Positions 10,430 through 21,257 of a stretch of 57,172 nucleotides of DNA are shown in pieces; positions within the stretch are counted from its first letter, which is position 1; every line of letters starts with the position of its first letter. The position numbers and the translations under genes were made by a program. The notes below the pieces were generated by a model that was given only the letters and a program-made list of their open reading frames with translations, did no database searches and had not been told where the DNA came from. Source of the DNA: a virus (Duplodnaviria; Caudoviricetes); IMG/VR virus record IMGVR_UViG_3300033182_000558, positions 1-57,172 of that record. One strand, 5' to 3'.

Positions 10430-11247
10430 TGATACAGAATTTGAATAAAACCATACACCAAATTTGGTTACAACCCCCAAACGGTAACTCTCATAGACAG
10501 TATATTAAATATACAAAAAGTTATAAAAGGTATGCTGAACAAAATGGTTGGGAATATCTTTTTTGGGATAATGAGTCAAGTGAATTATTTGTAAAATCAG
10601 AGTTTCCACAGTATTACGATAGATTTTATTATTTAGACTCTGTTATAAAGAAAGCAGACTGTTTAAGGTATATGTTATTATATTCCATTGGTGGTTTGTA
10701 TGTTGATATGGATACATACCTGAAAGGTGATTTGAATGAGTTTATAAACTCAAAAGAAATTGTTAGGGGTGATTATGAATATACACCTTGGTATATTGAC
10801 CCTAAACTTAAAATTAAACACAACTATAATCTTATTGTCGGTCAAGAAAAATCAATATGTGAATATCACTATAATAAGTTTGGGTTACAGATACAAAAAC
10901 TAAACAACGCAGTTATGTTTGGTAATCGGGGATATGGTTTATTTCTAAACCTAATTAAACAAGGTTTTATTTTAGAAAAAAATACTATACTCAATTCATT
11001 TGGAGTTCATATGTTTTCTAATATGATTTACAAAAAAATGGCAGAGTTTAATAATGATATGTTTTATCTAAATGATTATAGTATTAATTCTGATATTTTA
11101 ACACTACCACCTATCTTTTTTCACGAAATGGATGTTCACAAAAAAGACTTCGTAAAGAAAGGTGGAAAAAAAGAATTTATTAGAGATAAACGACAACTCA
11201 TTGTTCACGACTTTGATTGTAATTGGGATATTCCAAATGAAGATTAA
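10429..11247 (+). CDS. GT32 (OCH1-like, DXD sugar-binding) glycosyltransferase
   Basis: KTIHQIW, KADCLRYMLLYSIGGLYVDMD. Confidence 0.88.
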   Translation: MIQNLNKTIHQIWLQPPNGNSHRQYIKYTKSYKRYAEQNGWEYLFWDNESSELFVKSEFPQYYDRFYYLDSVIKKADCLRYMLLYSIGGLYVDMDTYLKGDLNEFINSKEIVRGDYEYTPWYIDPKLKIKHNYNLIVGQEKSICEYHYNKFGLQIQKLNNAVMFGNRGYGLFLNLIKQGFILEKNTILNSFGVHMFSNMIYKKMAEFNNDMFYLNDYSINSDILTLPPIFFHEMDVHKKDFVKKGGKKEFIRDKRQLIVHDFDCNWDIPNED

Positions 11248-12067
11248 TCTAGTTTCAGTAATAGGCCATAACTCAAAGATTATCCCACATTGGTATAAAC
11301 ATTATAAAGATATTGTTGATGACATTTATATCATTGTTTACCTTACAAATGATGACACATCTATCATCAATACCTTGGATGAGTTGGGTATTACACCACA
11401 CTGTATAGTTCATTCACCAAAGTTTCATTGGGAAGAAGTTACACGACTATATAACGAAACTAAAATGGAAAAACCCGATGAGTGGTGGGTGGTCGCAGAC
11501 AATGATGAATTACATTTATACCCTACCGACTTAAAAACTATGATAGTAGAGTGTGAACAAAATGGTTGGGAGTTTATCACGGGTGGTTTTATAGATAGAA
11601 TTGGAAAAGACGGATATTTTCCCGATATTACAAACAAGAACATTTGGAGAACATTTCCACTTGGTGGTTTTTTTAGATATCCATTGAGTGGTGCTTGTCC
11701 AAATAAAGTATGTGTTATGAAAGGTAACATAGAGGTTACAAGTGGACAACACTATGCTAAAATAGATGGAAAAACGGTATGGGGTGTAGAGGGAACAAAA
11801 CACCCACTACGTTATCCTGTTGATAAAGGATTCATTCAGGTTCATCATTTTAAGTGGGATAGTTCATCTATTGCCAGACTAAAAGAGGTATCAAACATTA
11901 AAAAGGACTATACTTTTTGGTGGGAATACAAAAAAATGTATGACTCTGTGAAAAATACAGAACAAATCAACATAACGGACAAAGATTTTATGTTTGAGAA
12001 ATTATTTTGTAACTTTAACGAGTATACACAATGGAAACAACTAACAACTAAAATCATACAAATATGA
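11237..12067 (+). CDS. GT2-like glycosyltransferase (Glyco_tranf_2_4-like)
   Basis: Likely start ATG 11237 (MKINLVSV). Motifs IPHWYKHY, WWVVADNDE, VHHFKW. Confidence 0.65.
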   Translation: MKINLVSVIGHNSKIIPHWYKHYKDIVDDIYIIVYLTNDDTSIINTLDELGITPHCIVHSPKFHWEEVTRLYNETKMEKPDEWWVVADNDELHLYPTDLKTMIVECEQNGWEFITGGFIDRIGKDGYFPDITNKNIWRTFPLGGFFRYPLSGACPNKVCVMKGNIEVTSGQHYAKIDGKTVWGVEGTKHPLRYPVDKGFIQVHHFKWDSSSIARLKEVSNIKKDYTFWWEYKKMYDSVKNTEQINITDKDFMFEKLFCNFNEYTQWKQLTTKIIQI

Positions 12068-12270
12068 GTAAGAAAGAAGTTATAGAAGAGTACTCACCTG
12101 ACAACGTTTTAGAAGAACGTAAAGTACGAGCACTTGAAAAGATAGCTAATTCTTTGGATGCTCTCACCATTTGGTTTGAGGAGATTGACAAAGAAGAATG
12201 GGACGCTAGATTACAATGGTATCTTGCAGAGTTCCATAATAAGTTTGTAGCATTAGATGACGAAAAGTAA
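12064..12270 (+). CDS. Small hypothetical protein
   Basis: 68 aa, overlaps both neighbours. Confidence 0.7.
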   Translation: MSKKEVIEEYSPDNVLEERKVRALEKIANSLDALTIWFEEIDKEEWDARLQWYLAEFHNKFVALDDEK

Positions 12271-13678
12271 ACTTGGAGTCATAGTACCCTACCGTAATAG
12301 GAAAGAACATTTAGAGAAGTTTTTACCCACTATTAAAAAGGTATTAAGTCAACAAAGTATTGATTATGAGATTATTATAGTTGAACAAGTTGATAATAGA
12401 CCATTTAATAGGGGTAAACTTCTTAATATCGGTTTTAAGAAAGCAGTTGAATTAGGTTGTACCTATGTTGCTCTTCACGATGTTGATATGTTACCTATCG
12501 GTGTGGACTATACTAAAGTTGACCGACCTACTCATCTTGCTACAAAATTCTTATCTCAACACGGTGAGGTAAGAGAATTATTTGATACGTACTTTGGTGG
12601 GGTTACATTATTCCCTGTTAAAGATTTTTACCAAGTAAATGGTTACTCCAATGATTATTGGGGGTGGGGTTATGAAGACGATGATTTACTGTTTAGATGT
12701 AAAGAAAACTTCCTAGACGTAAACACCAAAAAAATACCTATCGTAACACGAAACACAGTTGGTTTCAGATTTAATGGTAAAGATTCTAAAATAGAAATAC
12801 CTATGCCTTATGGGTTAAGTAGTTATACTATATTAGTTTCTTGTGAACCTGATGAAATGGAGATGGACGAAAGTTTAGATGTTGATGAGTATTCTATTGT
12901 TGCAATCCCCGGCTACGACACAGGATTTACTTACAATTCTTTTAAGAGATACAAGTTTCAAACTTGGACTAGTAAAAAAGATTTGGTAAATCTAAAATCA
13001 AATATGTCCCAACCCAAACGAACTTGTATGATAGCAACGGTTGACTCTTATAATAAAAAAGTCAAGTTCTATCAAGATGGTGATTTGGTGGATGAGGACA
13101 CGTTTGTTGGTAGAATAATGCCGTATCACACAGAAGATAAAATAATATTAGGAGACACGGGTTCCCCTGAAAATAAAAGAAAACCATTTAAGGGTGTGAT
13201 TGATTATTTCGCACTTTGGAATCATTCATTGGAAGAAGGACAAGTTAAAAGTTTGTCTGAAAAACTTTATATGGGTGTAACATCAGAATTTGATGACTAC
13301 GTTGCACCACATACACTTGAGTCAGTATATGATATGAAGTTCAGTACTTGGAATAAAGTATTTGATTTATCTGAAAGAAGATTAGAAGCAGATGTACTCA
13401 ACTGTGAACGTATAGAAGTAAACCACCAATATGATTACAATGAATTACCTGTTCCTTGGAGGAGAGACTCAACATTTGAGTTATTACCACACGAGGATAA
13501 TGGGTTCTATGAAAATAAATGGACTTACACGGAAACCCGAAAGAATCAAGTACGGTTTTACAATAAGGTATTAAAAGGTAAAACGAATTGGAAAAAAGAC
13601 GGGTTAGATACTTTACGATTTGTAAAGGCTAATGAGATAAATAAAGATAAATACCATCATATATTTGCAGACTTATGA
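12257..13678 (+). CDS. GT7 (beta-1,4-galactosyltransferase-like) glycosyltransferase with inserted LamG/ConA-like domain
   Basis: IVPYRNR, PFNRGKLLNIG, HDVD, YFGGV, NGYSNDYWGWGYEDDD. The central insert has FRFNG...VKFYQDG...FKGVIDYFALWNHSL. Confidence 0.88.
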   Translation: MTKSKLGVIVPYRNRKEHLEKFLPTIKKVLSQQSIDYEIIIVEQVDNRPFNRGKLLNIGFKKAVELGCTYVALHDVDMLPIGVDYTKVDRPTHLATKFLSQHGEVRELFDTYFGGVTLFPVKDFYQVNGYSNDYWGWGYEDDDLLFRCKENFLDVNTKKIPIVTRNTVGFRFNGKDSKIEIPMPYGLSSYTILVSCEPDEMEMDESLDVDEYSIVAIPGYDTGFTYNSFKRYKFQTWTSKKDLVNLKSNMSQPKRTCMIATVDSYNKKVKFYQDGDLVDEDTFVGRIMPYHTEDKIILGDTGSPENKRKPFKGVIDYFALWNHSLEEGQVKSLSEKLYMGVTSEFDDYVAPHTLESVYDMKFSTWNKVFDLSERRLEADVLNCERIEVNHQYDYNELPVPWRRDSTFELLPHEDNGFYENKWTYTETRKNQVRFYNKVLKGKTNWKKDGLDTLRFVKANEINKDKYHHIFADL

Positions 13679-15093
13679 AACTAGGGGTATGTGTACCATA
13701 TAGAAACCGAGAAGAACACTTAAAAGAGTTCATCCCAAAGGTGGGTGAATATCTAACTAAACAGGGTATAGAACACGAGTTCTTCATCGCACATCAAGTT
13801 GATGATAAGTTATTTAACCGAGGTGCTATGAAAAACATAGCTGCCAAACACGCATTTGCAAATGGTTGTGATTACATTGTATGGCACGATGTGGATATGA
13901 TACCCGAAGAAGGTTGTGATTACTCTTTTCCAACTGAAGGCCCCCGACACATTGCAACTAAAATATCACAGATGGATTACAAACTTAAATACTTTGAGTA
14001 TTTTGGTGGTGCTGTAATCTTTTCTAAAGAACAAGTAGAACAAACCAATGGATATTCTAATGACTATTGGGATTGGGGTATGGAAGATGATGACTTATTT
14101 TGGAGATGTACTCTTGAGGGTTTGGTTGATGCAGAATATCTAAAGACACCACAGAACAATCAAACATACTTACATTTTGATGGTAAACGTTCTTATGTTA
14201 GAATACCATTTAGAGATGACTTTAAGAGGATTACAACTCGTTCACATACCGTTTCAGTTGTCGTAAGAGCAAACCAACAACCCGAAAAGAATAGAGTTTA
14301 TTTAATCGGAGATAAAGAAAAGAAATATGTGGAATATCCTATATTTAGGATTCCTGGCTATGATTACGGGTTCTCATTTAACAACTCACGTGCTATGAGT
14401 TTGATGTATTGGGATGTTAGAAATAATTTTAATTATATGTGGGGGAAACGATACGACAATCAATGGACTATCTTAACTGCTACGTTTGATGAATATACTT
14501 GTGAATCTCGTTTCTTTGTGAATGGTATTGAGGTAAACGAAGAAGATGGGTTGGGTTCTAAATCACCTCACTTTTGGGGAAATAGTAGACTAAAAAATTA
14601 TAGAAACTATGATTGGTATTTAGGTGTGTCGCCGGGCTTACCAAAGACCGCTAGTAATAAGTTTTTTAAAGGTGATATTGCGAGTGTTCATTTTTGGGAT
14701 AGAAAACTCCACGATGAAGAAATTAAAACATTGTTTAACAGAATACCCGATGACGGTAACATATTAACATTAGACTTTAACAATCCAAATGACTTTGGTA
14801 GAATAGAGTGTTATGATACACACATACGAACAGATGATGAATTTAAAATACCAAAGTCAATCCTACCTCACAGAAAAGAAGGTAGAATGTTTTGTTTACC
14901 ACACAAAGACGAGGGAATAGTTGATGGTGAATTTGTAAAAGGCGAAACCACAGCACGTAACGAAAGACGTTATGTGTTGGAAATGCAACAAGGTAAAATA
15001 AATTACAAAGATGATGGTATCAAACAAGTTGCATATAACATAGACAGTATTGATAAAACTGATAATGTGTGTATGTTAAATGTTAAACTATGA
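13675..15093 (+). CDS. GT7 glycosyltransferase with inserted LamG/ConA-like domain (paralogue)
   Basis: CVPYRNR, FNRGAMKNI, HDVD, YFGGA, NGYSNDYWDWGMEDDD. The insert has LHFDG...FFVNG...FFKGDIASVHFWDRKL. Confidence 0.88.
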   Translation: MKLGVCVPYRNREEHLKEFIPKVGEYLTKQGIEHEFFIAHQVDDKLFNRGAMKNIAAKHAFANGCDYIVWHDVDMIPEEGCDYSFPTEGPRHIATKISQMDYKLKYFEYFGGAVIFSKEQVEQTNGYSNDYWDWGMEDDDLFWRCTLEGLVDAEYLKTPQNNQTYLHFDGKRSYVRIPFRDDFKRITTRSHTVSVVVRANQQPEKNRVYLIGDKEKKYVEYPIFRIPGYDYGFSFNNSRAMSLMYWDVRNNFNYMWGKRYDNQWTILTATFDEYTCESRFFVNGIEVNEEDGLGSKSPHFWGNSRLKNYRNYDWYLGVSPGLPKTASNKFFKGDIASVHFWDRKLHDEEIKTLFNRIPDDGNILTLDFNNPNDFGRIECYDTHIRTDDEFKIPKSILPHRKEGRMFCLPHKDEGIVDGEFVKGETTARNERRYVLEMQQGKINYKDDGIKQVAYNIDSIDKTDNVCMLNVKL

Positions 15094-16313
15094 GTGATAC
15101 TATATGTATATTACCTTTTATTCACTTTTACACACAACCCGATGGTGAAGTAAAACCTTGTTGTATAGCAGACGGGTTTGATGAACGACAATTTCTATCA
15201 CAGAAAAGTATAGAAGATATTTGGAATTCCGACCAATATAAACAGTTACGAAAAGATATGTTGGAAGGAAAACGAAATAAAGTATGTGATGTTTGTTATA
15301 GAAAAGAAGACCTAGGGGAACACTCACCCCGACATATGTTCAATGAGAATACACTTTGGACAATGCCAGAAGTGAACGAAGACTTTTCAGTAGATACACA
15401 ATTCCAACACATAGATGTTCGTTTTAGTAACTTGTGTAATTTTAAATGTAGAATGTGTACTCATACATTTTCTAGTAGATGGTATGAAGATGAGGAACAA
15501 GTAAACCCACATTTTTTTAAAAAAGACCACAAAAAAGTTTTGGTTGCTAGTGAAACTATCATTGATGACCTAATCCCACATTTGGATGATATTAAAAGTG
15601 TTTATTTTGCAGGTGGTGAACCACTTACAATGCCTGAACATTATGAATTGTTGACTTGGTTATATGATAAATTACCATTTGAACAGATAAATAATAAAAT
15701 GTTAAAACCATTATCAATCCACTACAACACTAACTTATCTACATTAAAATACAATGAAGATGATTTGTTAAAGTATTGGAAAAGTTTTAGACGTATACAA
15801 CTCGCGATTTCGTGTGATGGTATTGGTGAGGTTGGTGAATATCAACGAATTGGTTTTAGTCATAAAAACTTCACAAAGAATTTAAATAAAATAAAAGAAT
15901 TGGCTAAACCATTATCAAATGAAGTAGAAAATAATGGTGATGGTGAGTTTTGGTATTCATTTCAATACACGACTACTATTTTTAACATACATCATATTTT
16001 TGACTTTATTGACTTTATGATTGATAATGATTATATTGACCACACAGATACAATAGATTTCTTTTATGCGTGGCAACCTCAACATTTTGCAATCAATAAT
16101 TTGAGTGACCTACAAAAAGAAACTTATAACAAAATGTTTGATGAGAAAATACCAACACTTACATCAGAAAAAACAAAAGGACAGTTATTATCATTACAAA
16201 CATTTATGAATAATGATAGAACAATGGATTTAGATGATGTACGAGATAAAGTAGTTTTATTGGATGAACTAAACAAAACAGATTACAGAAATAACATACC
16301 ACTTATTATATAA
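15090..16313 (+). CDS. Radical SAM protein with N-terminal SPASM/twitch-like Cys domain
   Basis: CILPF...DGEVKPCC...CDVC, CNFKCRMC, FAGGEPL. Confidence 0.9.
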   Translation: MSDTICILPFIHFYTQPDGEVKPCCIADGFDERQFLSQKSIEDIWNSDQYKQLRKDMLEGKRNKVCDVCYRKEDLGEHSPRHMFNENTLWTMPEVNEDFSVDTQFQHIDVRFSNLCNFKCRMCTHTFSSRWYEDEEQVNPHFFKKDHKKVLVASETIIDDLIPHLDDIKSVYFAGGEPLTMPEHYELLTWLYDKLPFEQINNKMLKPLSIHYNTNLSTLKYNEDDLLKYWKSFRRIQLAISCDGIGEVGEYQRIGFSHKNFTKNLNKIKELAKPLSNEVENNGDGEFWYSFQYTTTIFNIHHIFDFIDFMIDNDYIDHTDTIDFFYAWQPQHFAINNLSDLQKETYNKMFDEKIPTLTSEKTKGQLLSLQTFMNNDRTMDLDDVRDKVVLLDELNKTDYRNNIPLII

Positions 16314-17770
16314 TGGAAGAATTATCACAAGAAGCAAAAGACAAAATTGATGTAAGAAAACACGCTCACGAGACTGATGAGAGTGGTTTATATTTTGGGA
16401 TGAAAAAAAAACTTGACGAAATTGGATGTGGTATGTGTTTGGCCAAATGGACACAGACAACACTACACTTACAATTAGGTCACACTCATTCCTGTCACCA
16501 CCCACGAACACATAAAATATCAGAAGCAGAAATCAAACGTAATCCGTCTGCACTCCATAACACTCGTTACAAGAAGTTACGTAGAAAAGAAATGTTGGAA
16601 GGTAAACGTCCTGATGAATGTGATTATTGTTGGAACGTAGAAGATAATTCAGACAGATTTTCAGACCGAGTGTTTAAGTCAGCGGAAAGTTGGTCACGAC
16701 CTCATTACGAAGAAATTAAAAACTCTAATTGGAGAGATGACTACAACCCACGATACGTAGAGGTTGCGTTCTCAAATGCGTGTAACTTTAAGTGTTCATA
16801 CTGTGCACCACAGTTTTCATCAACGTGGATGGAGGAGGTTAGAAATCACGGTGGTTATCCAACTACTGATAGATTTAATGACCCTCAACATATGATAGAT
16901 GAACAAAAAGTTCCAATACCACACAAAGACTACAATCCATATGTGGATGCATTTTGGAAGTGGTGGCCAGACCTCTATAATGACCTTCACACGTTCCGTA
17001 TTACGGGTGGAGAACCACTTTTATCAAAAGATACTTGGGATGTATTAGATTTTATTTTAGAACAAGAAAATCCTAATAGAAATTTACAGTTAGGTATCAA
17101 TTCTAATTTAGGAGCACCTGACCATCTGATTGATAAATTTATTGATAAGATTAAACAGATTGAAGATGAAGGGAGAGTTAGAGAACTTATTATATTTACA
17201 TCTGTTGATACAGTAGGAGAACAAGCAGAATACATTAGAAATGGTTTGGAATTTAATAGATTTTGGACAAACGTAAATAAAATAATGACGGCTTGTCCTA
17301 GAGTGATTGTAACATTTATGGTTACATATAACGCTCTTTCAGTTCCAAATTATTATCAACTTATTAATGGTGTATATCAACTTAAAACTGAATACGCGTC
17401 ATCTGACCGATATTGGAACTCTGCAGTATTTTTAGATAGTTCATATCTCCGATACCCTGCACACCAAACCGTACAGGTATTAGAACCTGTATGGGATAAA
17501 GAAGTATTACGTCAATGTCAACAGATGGATTACTTAGGTGTACCTTTATTTGACCATAAATATATTGGATATTCTGATGTTGAGATACAGAAACTAAAAA
17601 GACTTTACGATTGGATGCACTCCCGTGTTGATGACAGACGATTATTAGAACAACGGTATAACTTTGGTAAGTATTTTGAGGAACACGATAAACGAAGAGG
17701 TACTGACTTTAAGAAAACGTTTCCTGAACTTGCTGACTTCTTTGAAAAATGTAAGGAGATTAAATTATGA
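16313..17770 (+). CDS. Radical SAM protein with N-terminal SPASM/twitch-like domain
   Basis: CLAKW...SCHH...CDYCW, CNFKCSYC, ITGGEPL. Confidence 0.9.
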   Translation: MEELSQEAKDKIDVRKHAHETDESGLYFGMKKKLDEIGCGMCLAKWTQTTLHLQLGHTHSCHHPRTHKISEAEIKRNPSALHNTRYKKLRRKEMLEGKRPDECDYCWNVEDNSDRFSDRVFKSAESWSRPHYEEIKNSNWRDDYNPRYVEVAFSNACNFKCSYCAPQFSSTWMEEVRNHGGYPTTDRFNDPQHMIDEQKVPIPHKDYNPYVDAFWKWWPDLYNDLHTFRITGGEPLLSKDTWDVLDFILEQENPNRNLQLGINSNLGAPDHLIDKFIDKIKQIEDEGRVRELIIFTSVDTVGEQAEYIRNGLEFNRFWTNVNKIMTACPRVIVTFMVTYNALSVPNYYQLINGVYQLKTEYASSDRYWNSAVFLDSSYLRYPAHQTVQVLEPVWDKEVLRQCQQMDYLGVPLFDHKYIGYSDVEIQKLKRLYDWMHSRVDDRRLLEQRYNFGKYFEEHDKRRGTDFKKTFPELADFFEKCKEIKL

Positions 17771-18483
17771 GATTTGACAAAGATACATTCTTTTTTGTAA
17801 AGAACCGAAACAAGTATGATTTAGCATTAACACCAATAGATTTGTTGACAGCTAATGATTTTACATTTGTAGTTAAGTGTAAACCTGATTGGGATAACAT
17901 ACCTGACAACACTACCACTGCAATTATTGCAAAGAATGGAAAACACATCGGTATATTGGCTAAAAAATTTACATCTCCGAATGACGGCCCTCAGTGTTTT
18001 ATTGGATTAGAAGGTTGGTGTATGCCTGAACGTGGAGAGGATGAAGTTTCATTTGGTTACGATTATTGGGTTGAAGATGATAAAAAAGATATTGAATTTA
18101 ATTTAGCATTTATTCATAATGTAGAAAAAAAAGAAGTAACGTTATGGGTGAATGACAAAGAAATAAAACAAAAATATAGAGGACAATTATCGGATTATTC
18201 AAATGCTTGGTTGTGGGTCGGTTGTGGTTGTGGTTTTAGTGGTTTTTCATTAGAACATCAATGGCAATTCATCGGTGATATTGATTTTGTAGGAATATAC
18301 AAAAAAAAGTTAAATAAAAAAGATATAGATAAAATAGTAAAAGATGAAATTTTAACAGAGGCTACTAGTAGAAAACACAAACCTGCGTGTGTTACCAATT
18401 TCAGTAACCAAACACCATATAAAATAAAAGATGAAAGTGGTATGGGTCATAATTTAATTGTTGGTGGGTATGAGTGGACATAA
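17767..18483 (+). CDS. Stand-alone LamG/ConA-like lectin-fold protein
   Basis: DFTFVVKCKP...VTLWVND...WLWVGC...FIGDIDFVGIYKKKL matches the LamG_3 pattern and the GT7 inserts. Confidence 0.6.
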   Translation: MRFDKDTFFFVKNRNKYDLALTPIDLLTANDFTFVVKCKPDWDNIPDNTTTAIIAKNGKHIGILAKKFTSPNDGPQCFIGLEGWCMPERGEDEVSFGYDYWVEDDKKDIEFNLAFIHNVEKKEVTLWVNDKEIKQKYRGQLSDYSNAWLWVGCGCGFSGFSLEHQWQFIGDIDFVGIYKKKLNKKDIDKIVKDEILTEATSRKHKPACVTNFSNQTPYKIKDESGMGHNLIVGGYEWT

Positions 18484-19852
18484 TATTAATTTTGTATATG
18501 AGTTTATAACACCACTTGGTCATTTACCTATGGGTTATAACCACGATGATTTACCTATTATTTTTGACGATATCAATAATAAAGACCAAGGTTTATTTTC
18601 CCATCCATTAATTTATTATGGTACTACCAACCACGGAGAACCGTTTGGTAAACTATCCGAAAGTAGTTCTATTTATGATATATTTGATGATGCTAATTTT
18701 GGTAGAAAACAATTAGATGAACTTAATGATGATGAGATACGAAATAATATTAATTTATTTGTAATAACTCCTACTCATAATCAAACAATTATACATAAAT
18801 TAGATGACTTCCCCCTTGTTAAGTCTTTTTCTAAAAGAAGTTTAAATTATTTAAAACACCACAAAAACTTTAAAGTTGTTATATTAGATAATAAAGAAGG
18901 TGGTTATGATTATCCAAATAGTTTTTTTGATAATTTCTTAAAATTTTATATAGATACGGGTATTGATAGTACACAACTTATTTTCATAACAAGTACCGCA
19001 AATATCAATCAAATATATCAGAACTATAAAAAGATAAAAAATATTGACTATGATTTTATGACGTGTAAGAAATTACACTTTCACGTATATGATGACCCCG
19101 GCAAATGTATAATTGATTATTACGAACAAGCTGATAAAAATAAAACAGATACCGTAGATTATGATGGTGTACCATATTCACTTCCGTGGATGGGTGAATT
19201 AGATGAAATACGTTCTAAATACTTTATGTGTATGAATAGAAATTCAGAACGATTACACAGAACTTATTTAGTGAGTGAATTGGTAGAAAATGGATTACTT
19301 GACAAAGGTTATATTTCACTTTTACAATCAGATACTGTTGATGATATGTGTACACGTGATGAGAAGTTAAAGAGAAACATAGGAGACCGTTACCCTTTCA
19401 CAATTGACTATGACGACAAATACTTTATTGCCAATATGCACAATTTTTTTAACACAAAGGAATCTTGGTTGGATTCTTACTTTTCCGTAGTCAATGAAAC
19501 AACTAATTCTAAAAGTCATATTTTTATCACCGAGAAGAGTGTGAGACCTATGATATATTATCATCCCTTTATAATATATGGTAATCCACATATTCTAAAA
19601 GAATTACGAGAATTAGGATTTAAAACATTTCCTGAATTCTTTGATGAATCATATGATGACGAACCACACCCAATCAAACGAATGAATATGATTGTAGAGA
19701 ATGTGAAAAGACTATGTGATATGTCCAAAGATGATATACACAAATTATATCAATCAGTTAAACCAAAATTATTACATAATAGAAAACGATTGGTTGATAT
19801 GGCGATAAACAAATATAAAAATAAAGTTTTTATTGATGCAGTTTCAGGGTAA
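18470..19852 (+). CDS. Conserved phage protein, 'ET...TEK...PF...GFKTF...DESYD' family (putative GT-B glycosyltransferase), copy 1
   Basis: FMCMNR...HR, VVNET...FITEKSVRP...HPFIIYG...LGFKTFPEFFDESYD. Likely start ATG 18470. Confidence 0.6.
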   Translation: MSGHNINFVYEFITPLGHLPMGYNHDDLPIIFDDINNKDQGLFSHPLIYYGTTNHGEPFGKLSESSSIYDIFDDANFGRKQLDELNDDEIRNNINLFVITPTHNQTIIHKLDDFPLVKSFSKRSLNYLKHHKNFKVVILDNKEGGYDYPNSFFDNFLKFYIDTGIDSTQLIFITSTANINQIYQNYKKIKNIDYDFMTCKKLHFHVYDDPGKCIIDYYEQADKNKTDTVDYDGVPYSLPWMGELDEIRSKYFMCMNRNSERLHRTYLVSELVENGLLDKGYISLLQSDTVDDMCTRDEKLKRNIGDRYPFTIDYDDKYFIANMHNFFNTKESWLDSYFSVVNETTNSKSHIFITEKSVRPMIYYHPFIIYGNPHILKELRELGFKTFPEFFDESYDDEPHPIKRMNMIVENVKRLCDMSKDDIHKLYQSVKPKLLHNRKRLVDMAINKYKNKVFIDAVSG

Positions 19853-21257
19853 GATATATAATGTTTATGATTACAAAGGAGTTAATGGTTACTTACCTAA
19901 CGGTATAAATCCTGACTTTTTACGACTACTTAGAGAACACGACTATTCATTTAATAATGGGTTTTTGGATGAATTCCAACAAAAATATAGTGATGGGTTT
20001 TCTGTTTTTCATTGTGATGGTGTGTTGTATGATAATAATATTTTAGATGATACAATAACATCAATAGAAGTACAGGACAGACTTTGGATGGAATCCGAAG
20101 ATGAACATTTATACTTTTATAATGTTACTCCGTTTGGTGGTGGTAGTTCTACTTTTGGTTATCCATATACACACAATGACGGTCGTTCTTTTTTCTATTT
20201 TATTCCTGAATTGACTAAAAAAATGATTAAAGAAAAAGATAATTTTTATCTTATGGTCAATTATGGTAATGAGGGGACATTGGATAGATTTTGGTTTAAT
20301 GTGATACATCACGATGCAAATTTATTTAATATACCATTACATAAAATAGTATTCGTAGTTTCAGACTTTACAATTAAAGAAACGTATGATGACTATTGTA
20401 AAGAAAATGATTTTGATGAACAAATAAAAGTGTTTCCTGTTAATTGGTCATTAAGTGCTAAGTCGGAGGAGTATAACCTTTTATTACGTGATGAAAAAAC
20501 ATCATTTAATGATAATCATAATTTATGTAGTGTTGTTAAAAAAGAAGATGTTGATTTAGAAGTTACCCGTGATAAACACTTTGTGATGTTTAATCGTAGA
20601 TTACGGCCACATCGTTATTACTCTATATTGTTGTTTAACAGAATGAATATACTTGATAAGTTTGATATTTCATTTGACTTTGATACGTGTAGAACTTACA
20701 ACTTTGATGAAGAGAATTATAAGTATCACGGTACTGATTCTGAATTTAGAGATTTACTTTTAAAAGAAAATGAAAAAGTAATAAATGGTGAACTCACTAA
20801 AAGTATAATTGATTATGATGACTTACCAAACGTATGGGGGTTTAACTTTGAACAAAAAGAATCTTACTTAAACTCGTATATTCATATTACAGCAGAAACC
20901 AATTTCTTTGAGAGGGGATTATATCTTTCAGAAAAGACTTGGAAACCTATGGGTCAATTACAACCATTTATTATGATGGGGCCTGTTGGTTCATTAGAAC
21001 TAATTAGAAGTTATGGGTTCAAAACGTTTGATGGTTTTATAGACGAAAGTTACGATAAAATAGAAAACAACGAAGAACGTTTCAAGTTCTTAATCAATGA
21101 GATAGAACGATTATCTAACTTACCAAAGGAAGAATTAAAAAATTGGTATAAGTCAATTTTTAATGATATATTGGTACATAATCAAAAAGTACTAATTGAT
21201 TATAAAGATACGGACAAAAAACATATAAGAAAACAATTTTTGGATTTATTTAAATGA
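19836..21257 (+). CDS. Same family, copy 2
   Basis: FVMFNRRLRPHR, ITAET...LSEKTWKP...QPFIMMG...GFKTFDGFIDESYD. Confidence 0.6.
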   Translation: MQFQGKIYNVYDYKGVNGYLPNGINPDFLRLLREHDYSFNNGFLDEFQQKYSDGFSVFHCDGVLYDNNILDDTITSIEVQDRLWMESEDEHLYFYNVTPFGGGSSTFGYPYTHNDGRSFFYFIPELTKKMIKEKDNFYLMVNYGNEGTLDRFWFNVIHHDANLFNIPLHKIVFVVSDFTIKETYDDYCKENDFDEQIKVFPVNWSLSAKSEEYNLLLRDEKTSFNDNHNLCSVVKKEDVDLEVTRDKHFVMFNRRLRPHRYYSILLFNRMNILDKFDISFDFDTCRTYNFDEENYKYHGTDSEFRDLLLKENEKVINGELTKSIIDYDDLPNVWGFNFEQKESYLNSYIHITAETNFFERGLYLSEKTWKPMGQLQPFIMMGPVGSLELIRSYGFKTFDGFIDESYDKIENNEERFKFLINEIERLSNLPKEELKNWYKSIFNDILVHNQKVLIDYKDTDKKHIRKQFLDLFK

